This document shows, piece after piece, positions 25,718 through 41,162 of a DNA stretch of 64,000 nt; the first letter of the stretch is position 1; every line of letters starts with the position of its first letter. The position numbers and the translations under genes are program-made. Under the pieces are notes generated by a model. It worked only from the letters and a program-made list of their open reading frames with translations. It made no database searches and was not told the origin of the DNA. The DNA comes from Escherichia coli. Lineage in GTDB: Bacteria; Pseudomonadota; Gammaproteobacteria; Enterobacterales; Enterobacteriaceae. The stretch lies in the NCBI RefSeq assembly GCF_017348835.2, contig NZ_CP071375.1; one strand, written 5' to 3'.

Positions 25718-26692
25718 TTAATGGATGCCGCCAATGCGACTTAAGCGCACACCTGTCGGCCATTCGCCTTCTTGCTTATCGAAGCTCATCCAGATAGCCG
25801 TTGCCCGACCGACCAGATTCGCTTCAGGCACAAAGCCCCAGTAACGGCTGTCCGCGCTGTTGTCGCGGTTGTCGCCCATCATGAAGTATTGTCCCGGAGG
25901 AACAATCCAGGTTGCCAGTTGTTGCCCTGGCTGCTGGTAATACATCCCCACCTGATCCTGCGCAATCGGCACTGTCAGAATGCGGTGCGTCACATCACCC
26001 AGTGTCTCTTTACGCTCGGAAAGACGAATTCCATTTTCTTTGGTTTCGTTTTTCGGCACTTCAAAGAATCCGCTGGTCGCTTCCCCACCATTACGGCGTG
26101 AGAAGGTCTGAACGAAATCGCTCGGCTCCACGTTTGAGTAGGTGACCGGCAGCGCGTTTTCACACGCCTGGCCGGAACTGCATCCCGGTTGAATCGTCAG
26201 CTCTTTTGAGACCGGATCGTAAGTGACTTTATCGCCCGGTAAACCCACCGCGCGCTTGATGTAATCAAGCTTTGGATCTTCCGGATATTTAAAGACCACG
26301 ATATCGCCGCGTTTCGGATGACCGGTTTCGATCAGCGTTTTCTGGTAGATAGGATCTTTAATGCCATAAGCAAACTTCTCTACCAGAATAAAATCACCGA
26401 TTAACAGAGTCGGCATCATCGAACCTGACGGGATCTGGAACGGTTCATAAATAAACGAACGCACAATCAATACGATAGCCAGTACCGGAAAAACAGAAGC
26501 ACCGGTTTCCAGCCAGCCAGGCTTCGGCGCAACCTTTTTCAACGTTGCTTTATCCAGTGAGTCACCGGCAGCCGCCTGCGCCGCTGCCTGACGTTCCCGC
26601 CGTTTAGGTGCGAAAAAGAATTTATCCACGCACCATAAAATGCCCGTCACCAGTGTGGCAATCACCAGAATCAGGGCAAACATATTCGCCAT
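25718..26692 (-). CDS. lepB: Signal peptidase I
   Basis: 324 aa, catalytic region SGSMMPTL. Confidence 0.96.
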   Translation of the reverse strand: MANMFALILVIATLVTGILWCVDKFFFAPKRRERQAAAQAAAGDSLDKATLKKVAPKPGWLETGASVFPVLAIVLIVRSFIYEPFQIPSGSMMPTLLIGDFILVEKFAYGIKDPIYQKTLIETGHPKRGDIVVFKYPEDPKLDYIKRAVGLPGDKVTYDPVSKELTIQPGCSSGQACENALPVTYSNVEPSDFVQTFSRRNGGEATSGFFEVPKNETKENGIRLSERKETLGDVTHRILTVPIAQDQVGMYYQQPGQQLATWIVPPGQYFMMGDNRDNSADSRYWGFVPEANLVGRATAIWMSFDKQEGEWPTGVRLSRIGGIH

Positions 26693-26707
26693 GCCAACTC
26701 CTAAGGG

Positions 26708-28507
<1,800 letters not shown>

Positions 28508-28704
28508 AAAGTATGATTATTGTGCCTTAATGCCCGGTTAACCAGGCTTTTAGAAGTCGCTGTTCTGAGCTTAACGTCTGTATTAATAGAAACGCCGCAT
28601 TCTACACTACAACATTGAGGCGAGGAAATGTTCATACCGTATGGATTGTGGTATCTGGAAACGTCCTCGCATTTGTTATGCAAAATGCAACAAAGCCAGT
28701 GAAA

Positions 28705-29184
28705 TCACTGGCTCGCGTCTTCCGAAGATGTTTCAAATCGCACAAGGCCAGGCGGCAATGCCACGCTTAAGATGATCGGTTGCCATTCTGCCCGGGCAGC
28801 AAACTTACGCGAGTAGCCACGCGCAATCAGGAACCCGCCAATACCGCCGAGGACCGCACCACATAATGCTGCGACGTCAGAAGCAAAGAGTAGCTGAAAT
28901 AGCGAAGCGATGAGGAATAATCCCACCAGCGGCGACATATAAACCAGTAATGCGGAGCTAAGCAGGCTGCCTTCGGCGATCCCTAATTCCACTTTTTGCC
29001 CCGGCACTAACGGCTCATCACAGGGTACGACAATGGTATGCGTGGTTTGCGGGCCAAGTTTATTCAACACGCGGCTACCGCAACCGGCGCGTGAAGCGCA
29101 GCTGCTGCATGAGGCTTTAACATCACAACTGACCAGCGCCTGCCCGTTTTGCCAGGAGACGACGGTAGCCCACTCTTTGATCAT
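28705..29184 (-). CDS. rseC: SoxR-reducing / sigma-E regulatory protein RseC
   Basis: 159 aa, position in rpoE-rseABC operon. Confidence 0.9.
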   Translation of the reverse strand: MIKEWATVVSWQNGQALVSCDVKASCSSCASRAGCGSRVLNKLGPQTTHTIVVPCDEPLVPGQKVELGIAEGSLLSSALLVYMSPLVGLFLIASLFQLLFASDVAALCGAVLGGIGGFLIARGYSRKFAARAEWQPIILSVALPPGLVRFETSSEDASQ

Positions 29185-30137
29185 TGCGCTGCCCCGAACT
29201 TAATATTCTCGGCAATGCGTTTCGCCGTTTGCGGCGGCAGTTCACCGACAATGGTGATTTCGGCGTTATCACGTACGCTTGTACTGACGGTTCTGCGTCC
29301 GGTGCGCAACATCTGATCGGTGCTCGATGGCGTAGCGCGGTTAACGTTTACCGAGAAGCTGAATAATCCGTCGGAATAGAGACGTGATTCGATAGGCATG
29401 TTGTCCATCGTCGGTAGCGGACGTCGACTACTGGAAACTTCGCTAAAACCCTGTGGTAACCAGGTTGGCGTCCAGCTGAATTTAGCTTTTTCACCTACAG
29501 GAACAGAAAGCAACGGCGGCAAATTTGCCTTCGCCAGCGTCTGCATACTGCTGCTGATATCCTGATTGACGTTAAAAGCAATCACGCGAAATTGTTCCAG
29601 CGTTTCACCATCGCGATCAAGGAGATCAACCCTCATCGGTAATTTCGATTCGGTGTCCATCCACACGATGTAGCTGTAGCGTGTACCATCTCGGGCAACC
29701 ACGCGAATGACTTCGCAAAGACGATCAGCAATACGCGTGCGCCCGACGGAGATAAAGTCGTAGTAAGGAGAAAGGCGTTTGAAATCGGTATAGATGAGCG
29801 ATGGCAGAGAATCAACAATGTAATCGCCATTAAGCGTGAACGGTTCAAGTCCCGGTTCAAAATAGCTGATTTCATTGCCGCGCTGTACCACTTCCCGGCG
29901 CGGGCCATCCATTTGCAACAATTGTGCAAGAGGACGGTTATCGAGGCGTGCATGTCGATAACGCAGAGACTCAACACCCTGTTTATTGATGCTGATGAAT
30001 GACAGCTCGTAATTCAGTGACTGACTGGCCAGGTTCATCTGCTGTAATAACGCCCCGGACGCGGGAGTGGCCGAGGCGTTAGCAGAGAATAACAGGCTAC
30101 CTGTCACTAATGACATGGCAAACCAAAGTTGCTTCAT
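29181..30137 (-). CDS. rseB: Sigma-E regulatory protein RseB
   Basis: 318 aa periplasmic protein with signal peptide; start overlaps rseA stop. Confidence 0.93.
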   Translation of the reverse strand: MKQLWFAMSLVTGSLLFSANASATPASGALLQQMNLASQSLNYELSFISINKQGVESLRYRHARLDNRPLAQLLQMDGPRREVVQRGNEISYFEPGLEPFTLNGDYIVDSLPSLIYTDFKRLSPYYDFISVGRTRIADRLCEVIRVVARDGTRYSYIVWMDTESKLPMRVDLLDRDGETLEQFRVIAFNVNQDISSSMQTLAKANLPPLLSVPVGEKAKFSWTPTWLPQGFSEVSSSRRPLPTMDNMPIESRLYSDGLFSFSVNVNRATPSSTDQMLRTGRRTVSTSVRDNAEITIVGELPPQTAKRIAENIKFGAAQ

Positions 30138-30790
30138 TACTGCGATTGCGTTCCTAAAGTTTGAATTCCTGGCACCTGTACAGCGGCTTGCTGGGTTTGC
30201 GCCTGCTCAAACTGAAGCTGTTCAGAGTGGAGTCGGCGTTGCAGTTCGTAATCCTGCAACATTGCATTAATGCGACGACGCTGCTCCTGTACCTGCTGCT
30301 GTTGACCATTATTTGCGGTCGCTTCAGAAGGTACTCCCAGGCTAACCGGGCTGGCTTTACCCATCATCGGCAGTGTATTAAATACCGGCGTTTCGGGCTG
30401 CTGGGACGTTTCTTCAGATTGTCCATTATAGTGCTGGACGCCAACGATAACTGCAAGCGATACGCATGCGGCTACGCCCATTTGGGTAAGCTGTGCCGCC
30501 CACGGACGTACTTTCTGCCAGAATGGCATTTTCTGCCATTGATGCGGCGCAGGCTGGGCTTCCGGGATCAATGTCGCCGGTTGACGTACTGGCTCTTCTT
30601 CAATGGCGGCCATCACGCGTGAAGAGATATCGAAATGGAGTACCTCGGGAGTATCACCCCGCATTGAGTCACGGATTAAGTGATAGCTTTCCCAGGTTTT
30701 CTGCATTTCTGGGTTATGAGCCAGTTCGTTAAGCAGCTCACTATCCAGCGTTTCGCCATCCATTAAAGCGGAAAGTTGTTCTTTCTGCAT
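30137..30790 (-). CDS. rseA: Anti-sigma-E factor RseA
   Basis: MQKEQLSALMDGETLDSELLNELAHNPEMQ...; start trimmed to ATG at 30790. Confidence 0.93.
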   Translation of the reverse strand: MQKEQLSALMDGETLDSELLNELAHNPEMQKTWESYHLIRDSMRGDTPEVLHFDISSRVMAAIEEEPVRQPATLIPEAQPAPHQWQKMPFWQKVRPWAAQLTQMGVAACVSLAVIVGVQHYNGQSEETSQQPETPVFNTLPMMGKASPVSLGVPSEATANNGQQQQVQEQRRRINAMLQDYELQRRLHSEQLQFEQAQTQQAAVQVPGIQTLGTQSQ

Positions 30791-30822
30791 GCCTAATACC
30801 CTTATCCAGTATCCCGCTATCG

Positions 30823-31398
30823 TCAACGCCTGATAAGCGGTTGAACTTTGTTATCAATAGCTTCCCTCGCTCGGAAGATACGTGAACGCACCGTACCTAC
30901 CGGACAATCCATGATAGCGGCTATCTCTTCATAGCTCAGGCCATCCAGCTCCCGCAAGGTTATTGCCATGCGTAAATCTTCCGGGAGGGACTCAATAGTT
31001 CGGAAAACTATCTGTCTCAGTTCTTCTGACAACATTAAGTTCTCAGGGTTCGAAATTTCTTTCAACGCGCCGCCACTTTCGAAGTTTTCAGCTTCAATGG
31101 CATCCACATCACTGGAAGGTGGACGACGCCCCTGAGCAACCAGGTAATTTTTCGCTGTATTTACAGCAATCCGATACAGCCATGTATAAAAAGCGCTATC
31201 TCCCCGGAACGAATCCAGCGCACGATAGGCTTTAATAAAAGCTTCTTGTACCACATCGGGAACATCACCCGACGGCACATAGCGGGAAACCAGACTCGCC
31301 ACTTTATGCTGATAGCGCACTACCAGTAAGTTAAAGGCTTTCTGATCTCCCTTCTGGACCCGTTCAACCAGGACCTGGTCCGTTAACTGCTCGCTCAT
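30823..31398 (-). CDS. rpoE: RNA polymerase sigma-E (sigma-24)
   Basis: MSEQLTDQVLVERVQKGDQKAFNLLVVRYQHKV...; start trimmed. Confidence 0.96.
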   Translation of the reverse strand: MSEQLTDQVLVERVQKGDQKAFNLLVVRYQHKVASLVSRYVPSGDVPDVVQEAFIKAYRALDSFRGDSAFYTWLYRIAVNTAKNYLVAQGRRPPSSDVDAIEAENFESGGALKEISNPENLMLSEELRQIVFRTIESLPEDLRMAITLRELDGLSYEEIAAIMDCPVGTVRSRIFRAREAIDNKVQPLIRR

Positions 31399-31480
31399 CC
31401 GAGGTAAAGTCTCCCCAAACCAAATTTCCACGCGCTATCGAAACGCCACTCCATTAGCTGCAATTTGAGCAAGCAAAGGG

Positions 31481-31508
31481 TTAGAGTGTCTCGTTTTTGT
31501 AAAGTTCC
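31481..31508 (-). promoter_or_regulatory. Sigma-E-dependent rpoE P2 promoter
   Basis: Reverse strand GGAACTT-N16-TCTAA matches the sigma-E consensus. Confidence 0.7.
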
Positions 31509-31782
31509 GTAACGCATCTGTTTTTGTTTGTCATGCTGTAGACGGATCATTATCTATCATTATAAGTCTACAGAATCTGAACATCGCATTATCTGTGTAG
31601 AAATGCCCATTTAACTGCCTGAAGAGTAACCCAACGGCCTTTTTATTTCACCACCTAATCCTCCACCAGCCAGTAACTTCTCTTTTTCTCGCCGCCCTGC
31701 GTCAGCGTGTTTAGCCACTGTAACAAATATTAAAATAGCAGGTGTTTATTCGCACAACATGATGCTATGCTGACCAAACCGT

Positions 31783-34150
<2,368 letters not shown>

Positions 34151-34281
34151 GAAAATAAAACCTTGCAGGAAAAACGGCGATAGCACCGGGTGAGAACAAT
34201 ACCCGAGAAGCGATATCCATACAAACAGATGAAGATTGCAGCCGTAACGTCTATAATCAGCGCCCCACACAGAGGTAGAAC

Positions 34282-35616
34282 ATGACTGTAACGACTTTTT
34301 CCGAACTTGAACTCGACGAAAGCCTGCTGGAAGCCCTCCAGGATAAAGGTTTCACTCGCCCGACCGCCATTCAGGCTGCCGCCATTCCGCCTGCGCTCGA
34401 TGGCCGTGATGTACTCGGTTCTGCGCCGACAGGCACCGGTAAAACGGCGGCGTATCTGCTGCCAGCGTTGCAGCACCTGCTCGATTTCCCCCGTAAGAAA
34501 TCCGGTCCGCCGCGTATTTTGATCCTCACCCCAACTCGCGAGCTGGCGATGCAGGTGGCCGATCATGCCCGCGAACTGGCGAAACATACGCATCTGGATA
34601 TCGCCACCATCACCGGCGGCGTAGCCTATATGAACCACGCGGAAGTGTTCAGCGAAAATCAGGACATCGTGGTCGCCACGACCGGACGTCTGCTGCAATA
34701 CATAAAAGAAGAGAACTTCGATTGCCGCGCGGTTGAAACGCTGATCCTCGACGAAGCAGACCGTATGCTGGATATGGGCTTCGCTCAGGATATCGAACAT
34801 ATTGCTGGCGAAACGCGCTGGCGTAAACAGACCCTGCTCTTTTCGGCAACGCTGGAAGGCGATGCGATTCAGGACTTTGCCGAGCGTCTGCTGGAAGATC
34901 CGGTGGAGGTTTCTGCCAATCCGTCCACCCGTGAGCGCAAAAAAATTCATCAGTGGTATTACCGCGCCGATGACCTGGAACATAAAACCGCATTGCTGGT
35001 GCATCTGTTAAAACAGCCGGAAGCGACCCGCTCAATTGTGTTTGTGCGTAAGCGTGAGCGTGTGCATGAGCTGGCAAACTGGCTGCGCGAAGCGGGCATC
35101 AACAACTGCTATCTCGAAGGTGAGATGGTACAGGGCAAGCGTAACGAAGCGATCAAGCGTTTGACCGAAGGTCGCGTAAACGTACTGGTTGCAACCGATG
35201 TTGCCGCGCGCGGTATCGACATTCCTGACGTCAGCCACGTCTTTAACTTCGATATGCCGCGCAGTGGCGATACTTATTTGCACCGTATCGGACGTACCGC
35301 GCGCGCCGGTCGTAAAGGCACCGCAATTTCGCTGGTGGAAGCCCATGACCATTTGCTGCTGGGCAAAGTTGGTCGCTATATTGAAGAGCCAATTAAAGCT
35401 CGCGTAATTGATGAGTTACGCCCGAAAACGCGTGCACCAAGCGAGAAGCAGACCGGCAAGCCATCGAAGAAAGTACTGGCAAAACGCGCCGAGAAGAAAA
35501 AAGCTAAAGAGAAAGAGAAGCCGCGGGTGAAAAAACGCCATCGCGATACCAAAAATATTGGTAAGCGCCGTAAACCAAGCGGAACGGGCGTGCCACCGCA
35601 AACGACAGAAGAGTAA
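34282..35616 (+). CDS. srmB: ATP-dependent RNA helicase SrmB
   Basis: DEAD-box motifs [23 protein letters not shown]; 444 aa. Confidence 0.96.
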   Translation: MTVTTFSELELDESLLEALQDKGFTRPTAIQAAAIPPALDGRDVLGSAPTGTGKTAAYLLPALQHLLDFPRKKSGPPRILILTPTRELAMQVADHARELAKHTHLDIATITGGVAYMNHAEVFSENQDIVVATTGRLLQYIKEENFDCRAVETLILDEADRMLDMGFAQDIEHIAGETRWRKQTLLFSATLEGDAIQDFAERLLEDPVEVSANPSTRERKKIHQWYYRADDLEHKTALLVHLLKQPEATRSIVFVRKRERVHELANWLREAGINNCYLEGEMVQGKRNEAIKRLTEGRVNVLVATDVAARGIDIPDVSHVFNFDMPRSGDTYLHRIGRTARAGRKGTAISLVEAHDHLLLGKVGRYIEEPIKARVIDELRPKTRAPSEKQTGKPSKKVLAKRAEKKKAKEKEKPRVKKRHRDTKNIGKRRKPSGTGVPPQTTEE

Positions 35617-35620
35617 TCTC

Positions 35621-35650
35621 AATGCCGGGTTTAAGCCCGGCATTATTTTT
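35621..35650. terminator. Bidirectional terminator (srmB / yfiE)
   Basis: AATGCCGGGT-TTAA-GCCCGGCATT hairpin plus T-run. Confidence 0.7.
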
Positions 35651-36530
35651 ATCCCGGCAAAAAACAATCTTCAACACACTGAATAAAAATGTGCATCGCC
35701 GGGCTAACTGCTTTTCCGGCATGGTGAGCGCACATTGCCGTAATGGTCTGCGAGTGTTCGCCAAAAGGCAATTCAATTAATTCTCCGCTCTCAAGCTCTT
35801 TTTCCACCGCAAAGCGGGGCAAGTAACTGACACCGATATTCGCCGCGACACAACGTTTGATACTTTCAATGCTTAACAGCTCAATGGTGTTTTCCACCGT
35901 GATCCGCCGCTGGCGCAGCGTGCTCTCAAATATCTGCCGGAATACACATTGCGGTTCGTTGATAATAAAGCTACAGGCGTTATGTCTTCCCGGCTCAGTA
36001 AAATCGACATCTGCAATTTGCGGTGAAGCTACCAGCACCAGCGATTGCTCACCCAATTCTCGTCGGTTCAGGGCATCATCATTCCCTACGCGATAAAAAA
36101 CCCCGACATCGGCCTCATCATTCAGTAGCGCATCACGGATCACGTAACAGTTCAGAGACTGCAACGATAAACGCACTTTTGGGGCGCGTTGCCGAAAACG
36201 CTGCAACACCTGCGGCATTCGGTAAGAGAGCAACGTTTCGCCCGAAACAACGCGTAGTTCCCCGTCCGGATCCGACTCCTTTTTGGCAGCCTCACGAAGG
36301 GTATCCATCACTCTGGTGAGTTCATAAATGTGCGGCAGCAGCTTTTTACCTTCGCGAGTGAGGCACATCCGTCGGCCAATTTTCTCAAATAACTGTACCG
36401 AGAACTCCTGCTCAAGCTGCTGAATATGAAAAGTCACCGTCGATTGTGTACAGCACAATTTTTGCGAAGCTCGCAAAAAGGAACCCTCTTCCACCACGGT
36501 TTTAAGCGTAATAAAACGGCGCAAATCCAT
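35649..36530 (-). CDS. yfiE: LysR-family transcriptional regulator
   Basis: N-terminal LysR HTH (FLRASQKLCCTQSTVTFHIQQLEQEF); start trimmed to MDLRRF. Confidence 0.88.
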   Translation of the reverse strand: MDLRRFITLKTVVEEGSFLRASQKLCCTQSTVTFHIQQLEQEFSVQLFEKIGRRMCLTREGKKLLPHIYELTRVMDTLREAAKKESDPDGELRVVSGETLLSYRMPQVLQRFRQRAPKVRLSLQSLNCYVIRDALLNDEADVGVFYRVGNDDALNRRELGEQSLVLVASPQIADVDFTEPGRHNACSFIINEPQCVFRQIFESTLRQRRITVENTIELLSIESIKRCVAANIGVSYLPRFAVEKELESGELIELPFGEHSQTITAMCAHHAGKAVSPAMHIFIQCVEDCFLPG

Positions 36531-36632
36531 AACCCCAAACCTATCGAAAATATCGAATTTAGAATGTAAAAACATTCATTTTTTTAAATGTTCCGTGTCG
36601 GGTACTGTCTACCAAAACAGAGGAGATAACAA

Positions 36633-37220
36633 GTGACACCGACCCTTTTAAGTGCTTTTTGGACTTACACCCTGATTACCGCCATGACGCCAGGACCGAA
36701 CAATATTCTCGCCCTTAGCTCAGCCACAACGCACGGATTTCGTCAGAGTACCCGCGTGCTGGCAGGGATGAGTCTGGGATTTTTAATCGTCATGTTGCTG
36801 TGTGCGGGCATTTCGTTTTCACTGGCTGTTATCGACCCGGCAGCTGTGCATCTGTTGAGTTGGGCGGGGGCGGCATATATTGTCTGGCTGGCGTGGAAAA
36901 TCGCTACCAGTCCAACAAAGGAAGACGGGCTTCAGACAAAACCAATCAATTTTTGGGCCAGCTTTGCTTTGCAGTTTGTGAACGTCAAAATCATTTTGTA
37001 CGGTGTTACGGCACTGTCGACATTTGTTCTGCCGCAAACACAGGCGTTAAGCTGGGTAGTTGGCGTCAGTGTTTTGCTGGCGATGATTGGGACGTTTGGC
37101 AATGTGTGCTGGGCGCTGGCGGGGCATCTGTTTCAGCGATTGTTTCGCCAGTATGGTCGCCAGTTAAATATCGTGCTGGCGCTGCTGCTGATCTATTGCG
37201 CGGTACGCATTTTCTATTAA
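36633..37220 (+). CDS. eamB: Cysteine/O-acetylserine exporter (LysE/RhtB family)
   Basis: 195 aa, six hydrophobic segments; GTG start. Confidence 0.88.
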   Translation: MTPTLLSAFWTYTLITAMTPGPNNILALSSATTHGFRQSTRVLAGMSLGFLIVMLLCAGISFSLAVIDPAAVHLLSWAGAAYIVWLAWKIATSPTKEDGLQTKPINFWASFALQFVNVKIILYGVTALSTFVLPQTQALSWVVGVSVLLAMIGTFGNVCWALAGHLFQRLFRQYGRQLNIVLALLLIYCAVRIFY

Positions 37221-37228
37221 TGAAAAAA

Positions 37229-37254
37229 AGCGGAAGAGGTCGCCCTCTTCCGCT
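37229..37254. terminator. Bidirectional terminator (eamB / grcA)
   Basis: AGCGGAAGAGG-TCGC-CCTCTTCCGCT hairpin flanked by A/T runs. Confidence 0.7.
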
Positions 37255-37275
37255 TAGTAACTTGCTACTTAAGCC

Positions 37276-37659
37276 TTACAGGCTTTCAGTAAAGGTACGA
37301 GCGATAACGTCGCGCTGCTGTTCCGGAGTCAGAGAGTTAAAGCGAACTGCATAACCGGATACACGGATGGTCAGCTGCGGATATTTTTCCGGATGCTTAA
37401 CTGCATCTTCCAGAGTTTCACGACGCAGAACGTTAACGTTCAGGTGTTGACCACCTTCAACGCGAACTTCTGGTTTCACTTCTACTGGAACTTCACGGTA
37501 TTCAATGTCACCCAGTTTGCTTACTGCAACCACTTCATCTTCTGCATAACCTGCTTTTGCAACGATGCAACGCGCTTCGCCTTTTTCGCTGTCCAGCAGC
37601 CAGAAAGAGTTCAGCAGATCGTCGTTAGCGGCTTTAGTAATCTGGATACCTGTAATCAT
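37276..37659 (-). CDS. grcA: Autonomous glycyl radical cofactor GrcA (YfiD)
   Basis: [38 protein letters not shown]... with glycyl-radical motif RVSGYAV; start trimmed. Confidence 0.95.
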
Positions 37660-37766
37660 GTGATGCCTCCCCGGCAAAATTATTTGATTTGTTCAGCCTG
37701 TCGCGGCCAATTGGTAAAACCATTGTTGCTTGAGTGTATATATACTCCTCAACCACCCTTGATTCT

Positions 37767-37833
37767 TTGATTTAAATCAATAAAAACCACACATCGATTG
37801 TGGTTGTAAATGGATTTTATTGTTTTACATCAA
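37767..37833 (-). promoter_or_regulatory. Two FNR boxes in grcA promoter
   Basis: TTGATTTAAATCAA at 37767-37780 and TTGTTTTACATCAA at 37820-37833, spaced as for a dual-FNR promoter. Confidence 0.65.
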
Positions 37834-37963
37834 CTTATGCGGGTGTGAAATTTTACCAATTTACATTTTTTTGCACTCGTTTAAGTCTAAAAAATGAGCA
37901 TGATTTTGTTCTGTAGAAAGAAGCAGTTAAGCTAGGCGGATTGAAGATTCGCAGGAGAGCGAG

Positions 37964-38653
37964 ATGGCTAACGAATTAACCTGGCATGACGTGCTGGCTG
38001 AAGAGAAGCAGCAACCCTATTTTCTTAATACCCTTCAGACCGTCGCCAGCGAGCGGCAGTCCGGCGTCACTATCTATCCACCACAAAAAGATGTCTTTAA
38101 CGCGTTCCGCTTTACCGAGTTGGGTGACGTTAAAGTGGTGATTCTCGGCCAGGATCCTTATCACGGACCGGGACAGGCGCATGGTTTGGCATTTTCCGTT
38201 CGCCCCGGAATCGCCACTCCTCCGTCACTGCTGAATATGTATAAAGAGCTGGAAAATACTATTCCGGGCTTCACCCGCCCTAATCATGGTTATCTTGAAA
38301 GCTGGGCGCGTCAGGGCGTTCTGCTACTCAATACTGTGTTGACGGTACGCGCAGGTCAGGCGCATTCCCACGCCAGCCTCGGCTGGGAAACCTTCACCGA
38401 TAAAGTGATCAGCCTGATTAACCAGCATCGCGAAGGCGTGGTGTTTTTGTTGTGGGGATCGCATGCGCAAAAGAAAGGGGCGATTATAGATAAGCAACGC
38501 CATCACGTACTGAAAGCACCGCATCCGTCACCGCTTTCTGCGCATCGTGGATTCTTTGGCTGTAACCATTTTGTGCTGGCAAATCAGTGGCTGGAACAAC
38601 ATGGCGAGACGCCGATTGACTGGATGCCAGTATTACCGGCAGAGAGTGAGTAA
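37964..38653 (+). CDS. ung: Uracil-DNA glycosylase
   Basis: 229 aa, catalytic GQDPYH motif. Confidence 0.97.
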   Translation: MANELTWHDVLAEEKQQPYFLNTLQTVASERQSGVTIYPPQKDVFNAFRFTELGDVKVVILGQDPYHGPGQAHGLAFSVRPGIATPPSLLNMYKELENTIPGFTRPNHGYLESWARQGVLLLNTVLTVRAGQAHSHASLGWETFTDKVISLINQHREGVVFLLWGSHAQKKGAIIDKQRHHVLKAPHPSPLSAHRGFFGCNHFVLANQWLEQHGETPIDWMPVLPAESE

Positions 38654-38700
38654 ATTTGCGGGAAAATGCCGGATGGCAGAGTTGCCACCCGGCTGATTTA

Positions 38701-39738
38701 TCAGGCTTTATTCTGACGCCACCATTCACCAAGCAAAACGCCTGTTGCAACAGAGATATTCAGCCCGGCAACGTTGCCCGTACCGTCAATCTTCACGCGC
38801 AGATCGTTCGGATCGCGTGCGGCATCCGGTAACCCTTCATATTCCTGACCCAGCACCAGTACCATTTTCGCTGGCAGGCTGGTTTTGAACAGCGGTTTCC
38901 CCTGCTCGCTGGAAGTTGTCACTACGGTGTAACCCGCCTGACGGAAATCATCCAGCACGTTAACAATGTTGTCGCCAGTAATCGGCTGAACGTGCTCTGC
39001 GCCGCCTTCTGCGGTACGGATAGCCGCACCCGACTCCAGCAGTGCCGCATCCTGCACCACAACGCCTTTCACGCCGAAGTGCGCACAGCTGCGCATCATG
39101 CCACCCAGGTTATGCGGGTTAGATTCGTTTTCCAGTGCCAGAACGCAATCCTGCGCACCTGCCTGGCTTACCCACTGCTGCACGGTTGTACCGTTACGCT
39201 TTTTGATCAGGAAGCAAACGCCGCCGTGATGTTCCGTGCCTGACGCTTTTGTCAATTCCGCTTCATCTACCACATGGTACGCTTTGCGGTTTGCTGCCAT
39301 CCAGCGCAAGGCTTCTTTAAAACGCGGCGTTACACTCTGGATAAACCAGGCGCGAACAATCGCTTCCGGACGGCTCTGGAACAGTGCCTGACAGGCGTTT
39401 TCGCCGTAGACGCGGGTTTCTTCCGCACGCTGACGACGCAAAACTTCCGGATCAATAAAACTTTTACCACTGATGCCACCGTGATCGGACTTTTCCGGCG
39501 TCTCATCACCCGGCGCGCGGGAAACCGTGCGCCACGGCGAATCTTCCCACTTGCGGTCACGGGGCTGACTCTGTTTGTCATCGCGGGCGGGGCGACGGCC
39601 ACCGTCAGCACGAGATTTTCCTGGACGCCCGCCCCCTTTCCCGGTACGCGGGTTGTGGGTACGTTTATCAGAATCATCATCACTGCGGACATACATCACT
39701 TTGACCTTGCCGCTTTTACCTTTCATTTCATCGTTCAT
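38701..39738 (-). CDS. yfiF: SpoU/TrmH-family RNA methyltransferase YfiF
   Basis: Arg/Gly-rich N-terminal region and C-terminal SPOUT methylase domain; start trimmed to MNDEMKGK. Confidence 0.85.
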   Translation of the reverse strand: MNDEMKGKSGKVKVMYVRSDDDSDKRTHNPRTGKGGGRPGKSRADGGRRPARDDKQSQPRDRKWEDSPWRTVSRAPGDETPEKSDHGGISGKSFIDPEVLRRQRAEETRVYGENACQALFQSRPEAIVRAWFIQSVTPRFKEALRWMAANRKAYHVVDEAELTKASGTEHHGGVCFLIKKRNGTTVQQWVSQAGAQDCVLALENESNPHNLGGMMRSCAHFGVKGVVVQDAALLESGAAIRTAEGGAEHVQPITGDNIVNVLDDFRQAGYTVVTTSSEQGKPLFKTSLPAKMVLVLGQEYEGLPDAARDPNDLRVKIDGTGNVAGLNISVATGVLLGEWWRQNKA

Positions 39739-39944
39739 GCTTTTCTCCACCAGCGCTGCGCGAAGCGCGCAGATTACCCGAAGTCCGCGCGGTTCGCCAT
39801 GATTTCGTACCAAAGCCTGCGACTATCATACCTATTGAATAAAACAGATTGTTGTCTGGAACAATGTCCCCGATAATATGTAACATATTAGAAACATACC
39901 GGCGTCGTTGCCGATAAGTCTCCTTACTCATCCCGAGGTTAGTT

Positions 39945-40364
39945 ATGAATACCGTTTGTACCCATTGTCAGGCCATCAATCGCATTCCCGACGATCGGAT
40001 CGAAGATGCGGCAAAATGCGGACGCTGCGGTCACGACTTGTTTGACGGAGAGGTGATTAATGCGACCGGTGAAACGCTCGACAAATTGCTGAAAGATGAT
40101 CTACCAGTGGTGATCGACTTCTGGGCACCGTGGTGCGGCCCCTGCCGTAATTTCGCACCAATTTTTGAAGATGTCGCGCAAGAGCGTAGCGGTAAAGTGC
40201 GCTTTGTGAAAGTGAATACCGAAGCTGAACGTGAATTAAGCAGCCGCTTTGGTATTCGCAGTATTCCGACGATCATGATTTTCAAAAACGGTCAGGTTGT
40301 CGACATGCTTAATGGCGCAGTACCGAAAGCGCCGTTCGACAGCTGGTTGAACGAATCTCTTTAA
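39945..40364 (+). CDS. trxC: Thioredoxin 2
   Basis: N-terminal zinc-finger Cys pairs (CTHC...CGRC) and WCGPC active site; 139 aa. Confidence 0.96.
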
Positions 40365-40370
40365 TCTTAC

Positions 40371-40396
40371 CGGGGCGCATCTTGTGCCCCGTTTTC
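40371..40396 (+). terminator. trxC rho-independent terminator
   Basis: CGGGGCGCA-loop-TGCCCCG hairpin followed by TTTT. Confidence 0.7.
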
Positions 40397-40432
40397 TCCT
40401 CTGCGACAATGGCGTTTTTTCGACGCTCTCTT

Positions 40433-41131
40433 ATGACCGAAAACGCTGTTCTCCAGTTACGCGCCGAGCGTATTGCGCGCGCAACACGTCCTTTTCTTGC
40501 CCGTGGTAATCGCGTTCGTCGCTGCCAACGCTGTCTTTTGCCAGAGAAATTATGTCTCTGTTCGACAATTACCCCAGCACAAGCAAAAAGTCGCTTCTGT
40601 TTGCTGATGTTCGACACCGAGCCAATGAAGCCCAGTAATACCGGGCGTCTGATTGCTGATATTTTGCCTGATACCGTTGCGTTTCAATGGTCGCGTACCG
40701 AACCCTCGCAAAATTTGCTGGATCTGGTACAAAACCCGGATTATCAGCCAATGGTGGTCTTTCCCGCCTCGTATGCTGATGAGCAACGGGAAGTGATCTT
40801 CACACCACCTGCCGGTAAGCCACCGCTGTTTATCATGCTCGATGGTACCTGGCCGGAAGCTCGCAAGATGTTTCGTAAAAGTCCGTATCTGGATAATCTT
40901 CCCGTCATTTCCGTCGATCTTTCCCGGCTTTCTGCCTATCGCCTGCGTGAAGCCCAGGCTGAAGGCCAATATTGTACTGCCGAGGTAGCCATCGCACTGT
41001 TAGATATGGCCGGCGATACCGGGGCGGCAGCAGGGTTAGGCGAGCATTTTACCCGCTTTAAAACACGCTATCTGGCAGGAAAAACGCAACATCTGGGTAG
41101 CATCACAGCAGAACAGTTAGAAAGCGTTTAA
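40433..41131 (+). CDS. yfiP: DTW-domain tRNA aminocarboxypropyltransferase (YfiP/TapT)
   Basis: Cys cluster CQRCLLPEKLCLC and DGTW motif; start trimmed to MTENAVLQLR. Confidence 0.85.
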   Translation: MTENAVLQLRAERIARATRPFLARGNRVRRCQRCLLPEKLCLCSTITPAQAKSRFCLLMFDTEPMKPSNTGRLIADILPDTVAFQWSRTEPSQNLLDLVQNPDYQPMVVFPASYADEQREVIFTPPAGKPPLFIMLDGTWPEARKMFRKSPYLDNLPVISVDLSRLSAYRLREAQAEGQYCTAEVAIALLDMAGDTGAAAGLGEHFTRFKTRYLAGKTQHLGSITAEQLESV

Positions 41132-41162
41132 AATCATTCGGTCACTTCTGCGGGAGACCGGT

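Noticed and set aside
28628-28702. 24-codon + strand ORF (MFIPYGLWYLETSSHLLCKMQQSQ) in the lepA upstream region
   Set aside because: Has an AGGA/GAGG-like element upstream but is antisense to the lepA leader, ends 2 nt before the rseC stop on the opposite strand and has no promoter evidence; a short ORF alone is insufficient. Lower priority than the 47136 candidate.
39739-39944. OxyR binding site expected upstream of trxC
   Set aside because: Expected from known regulation, but the degenerate OxyR motif could not be placed confidently by eye.
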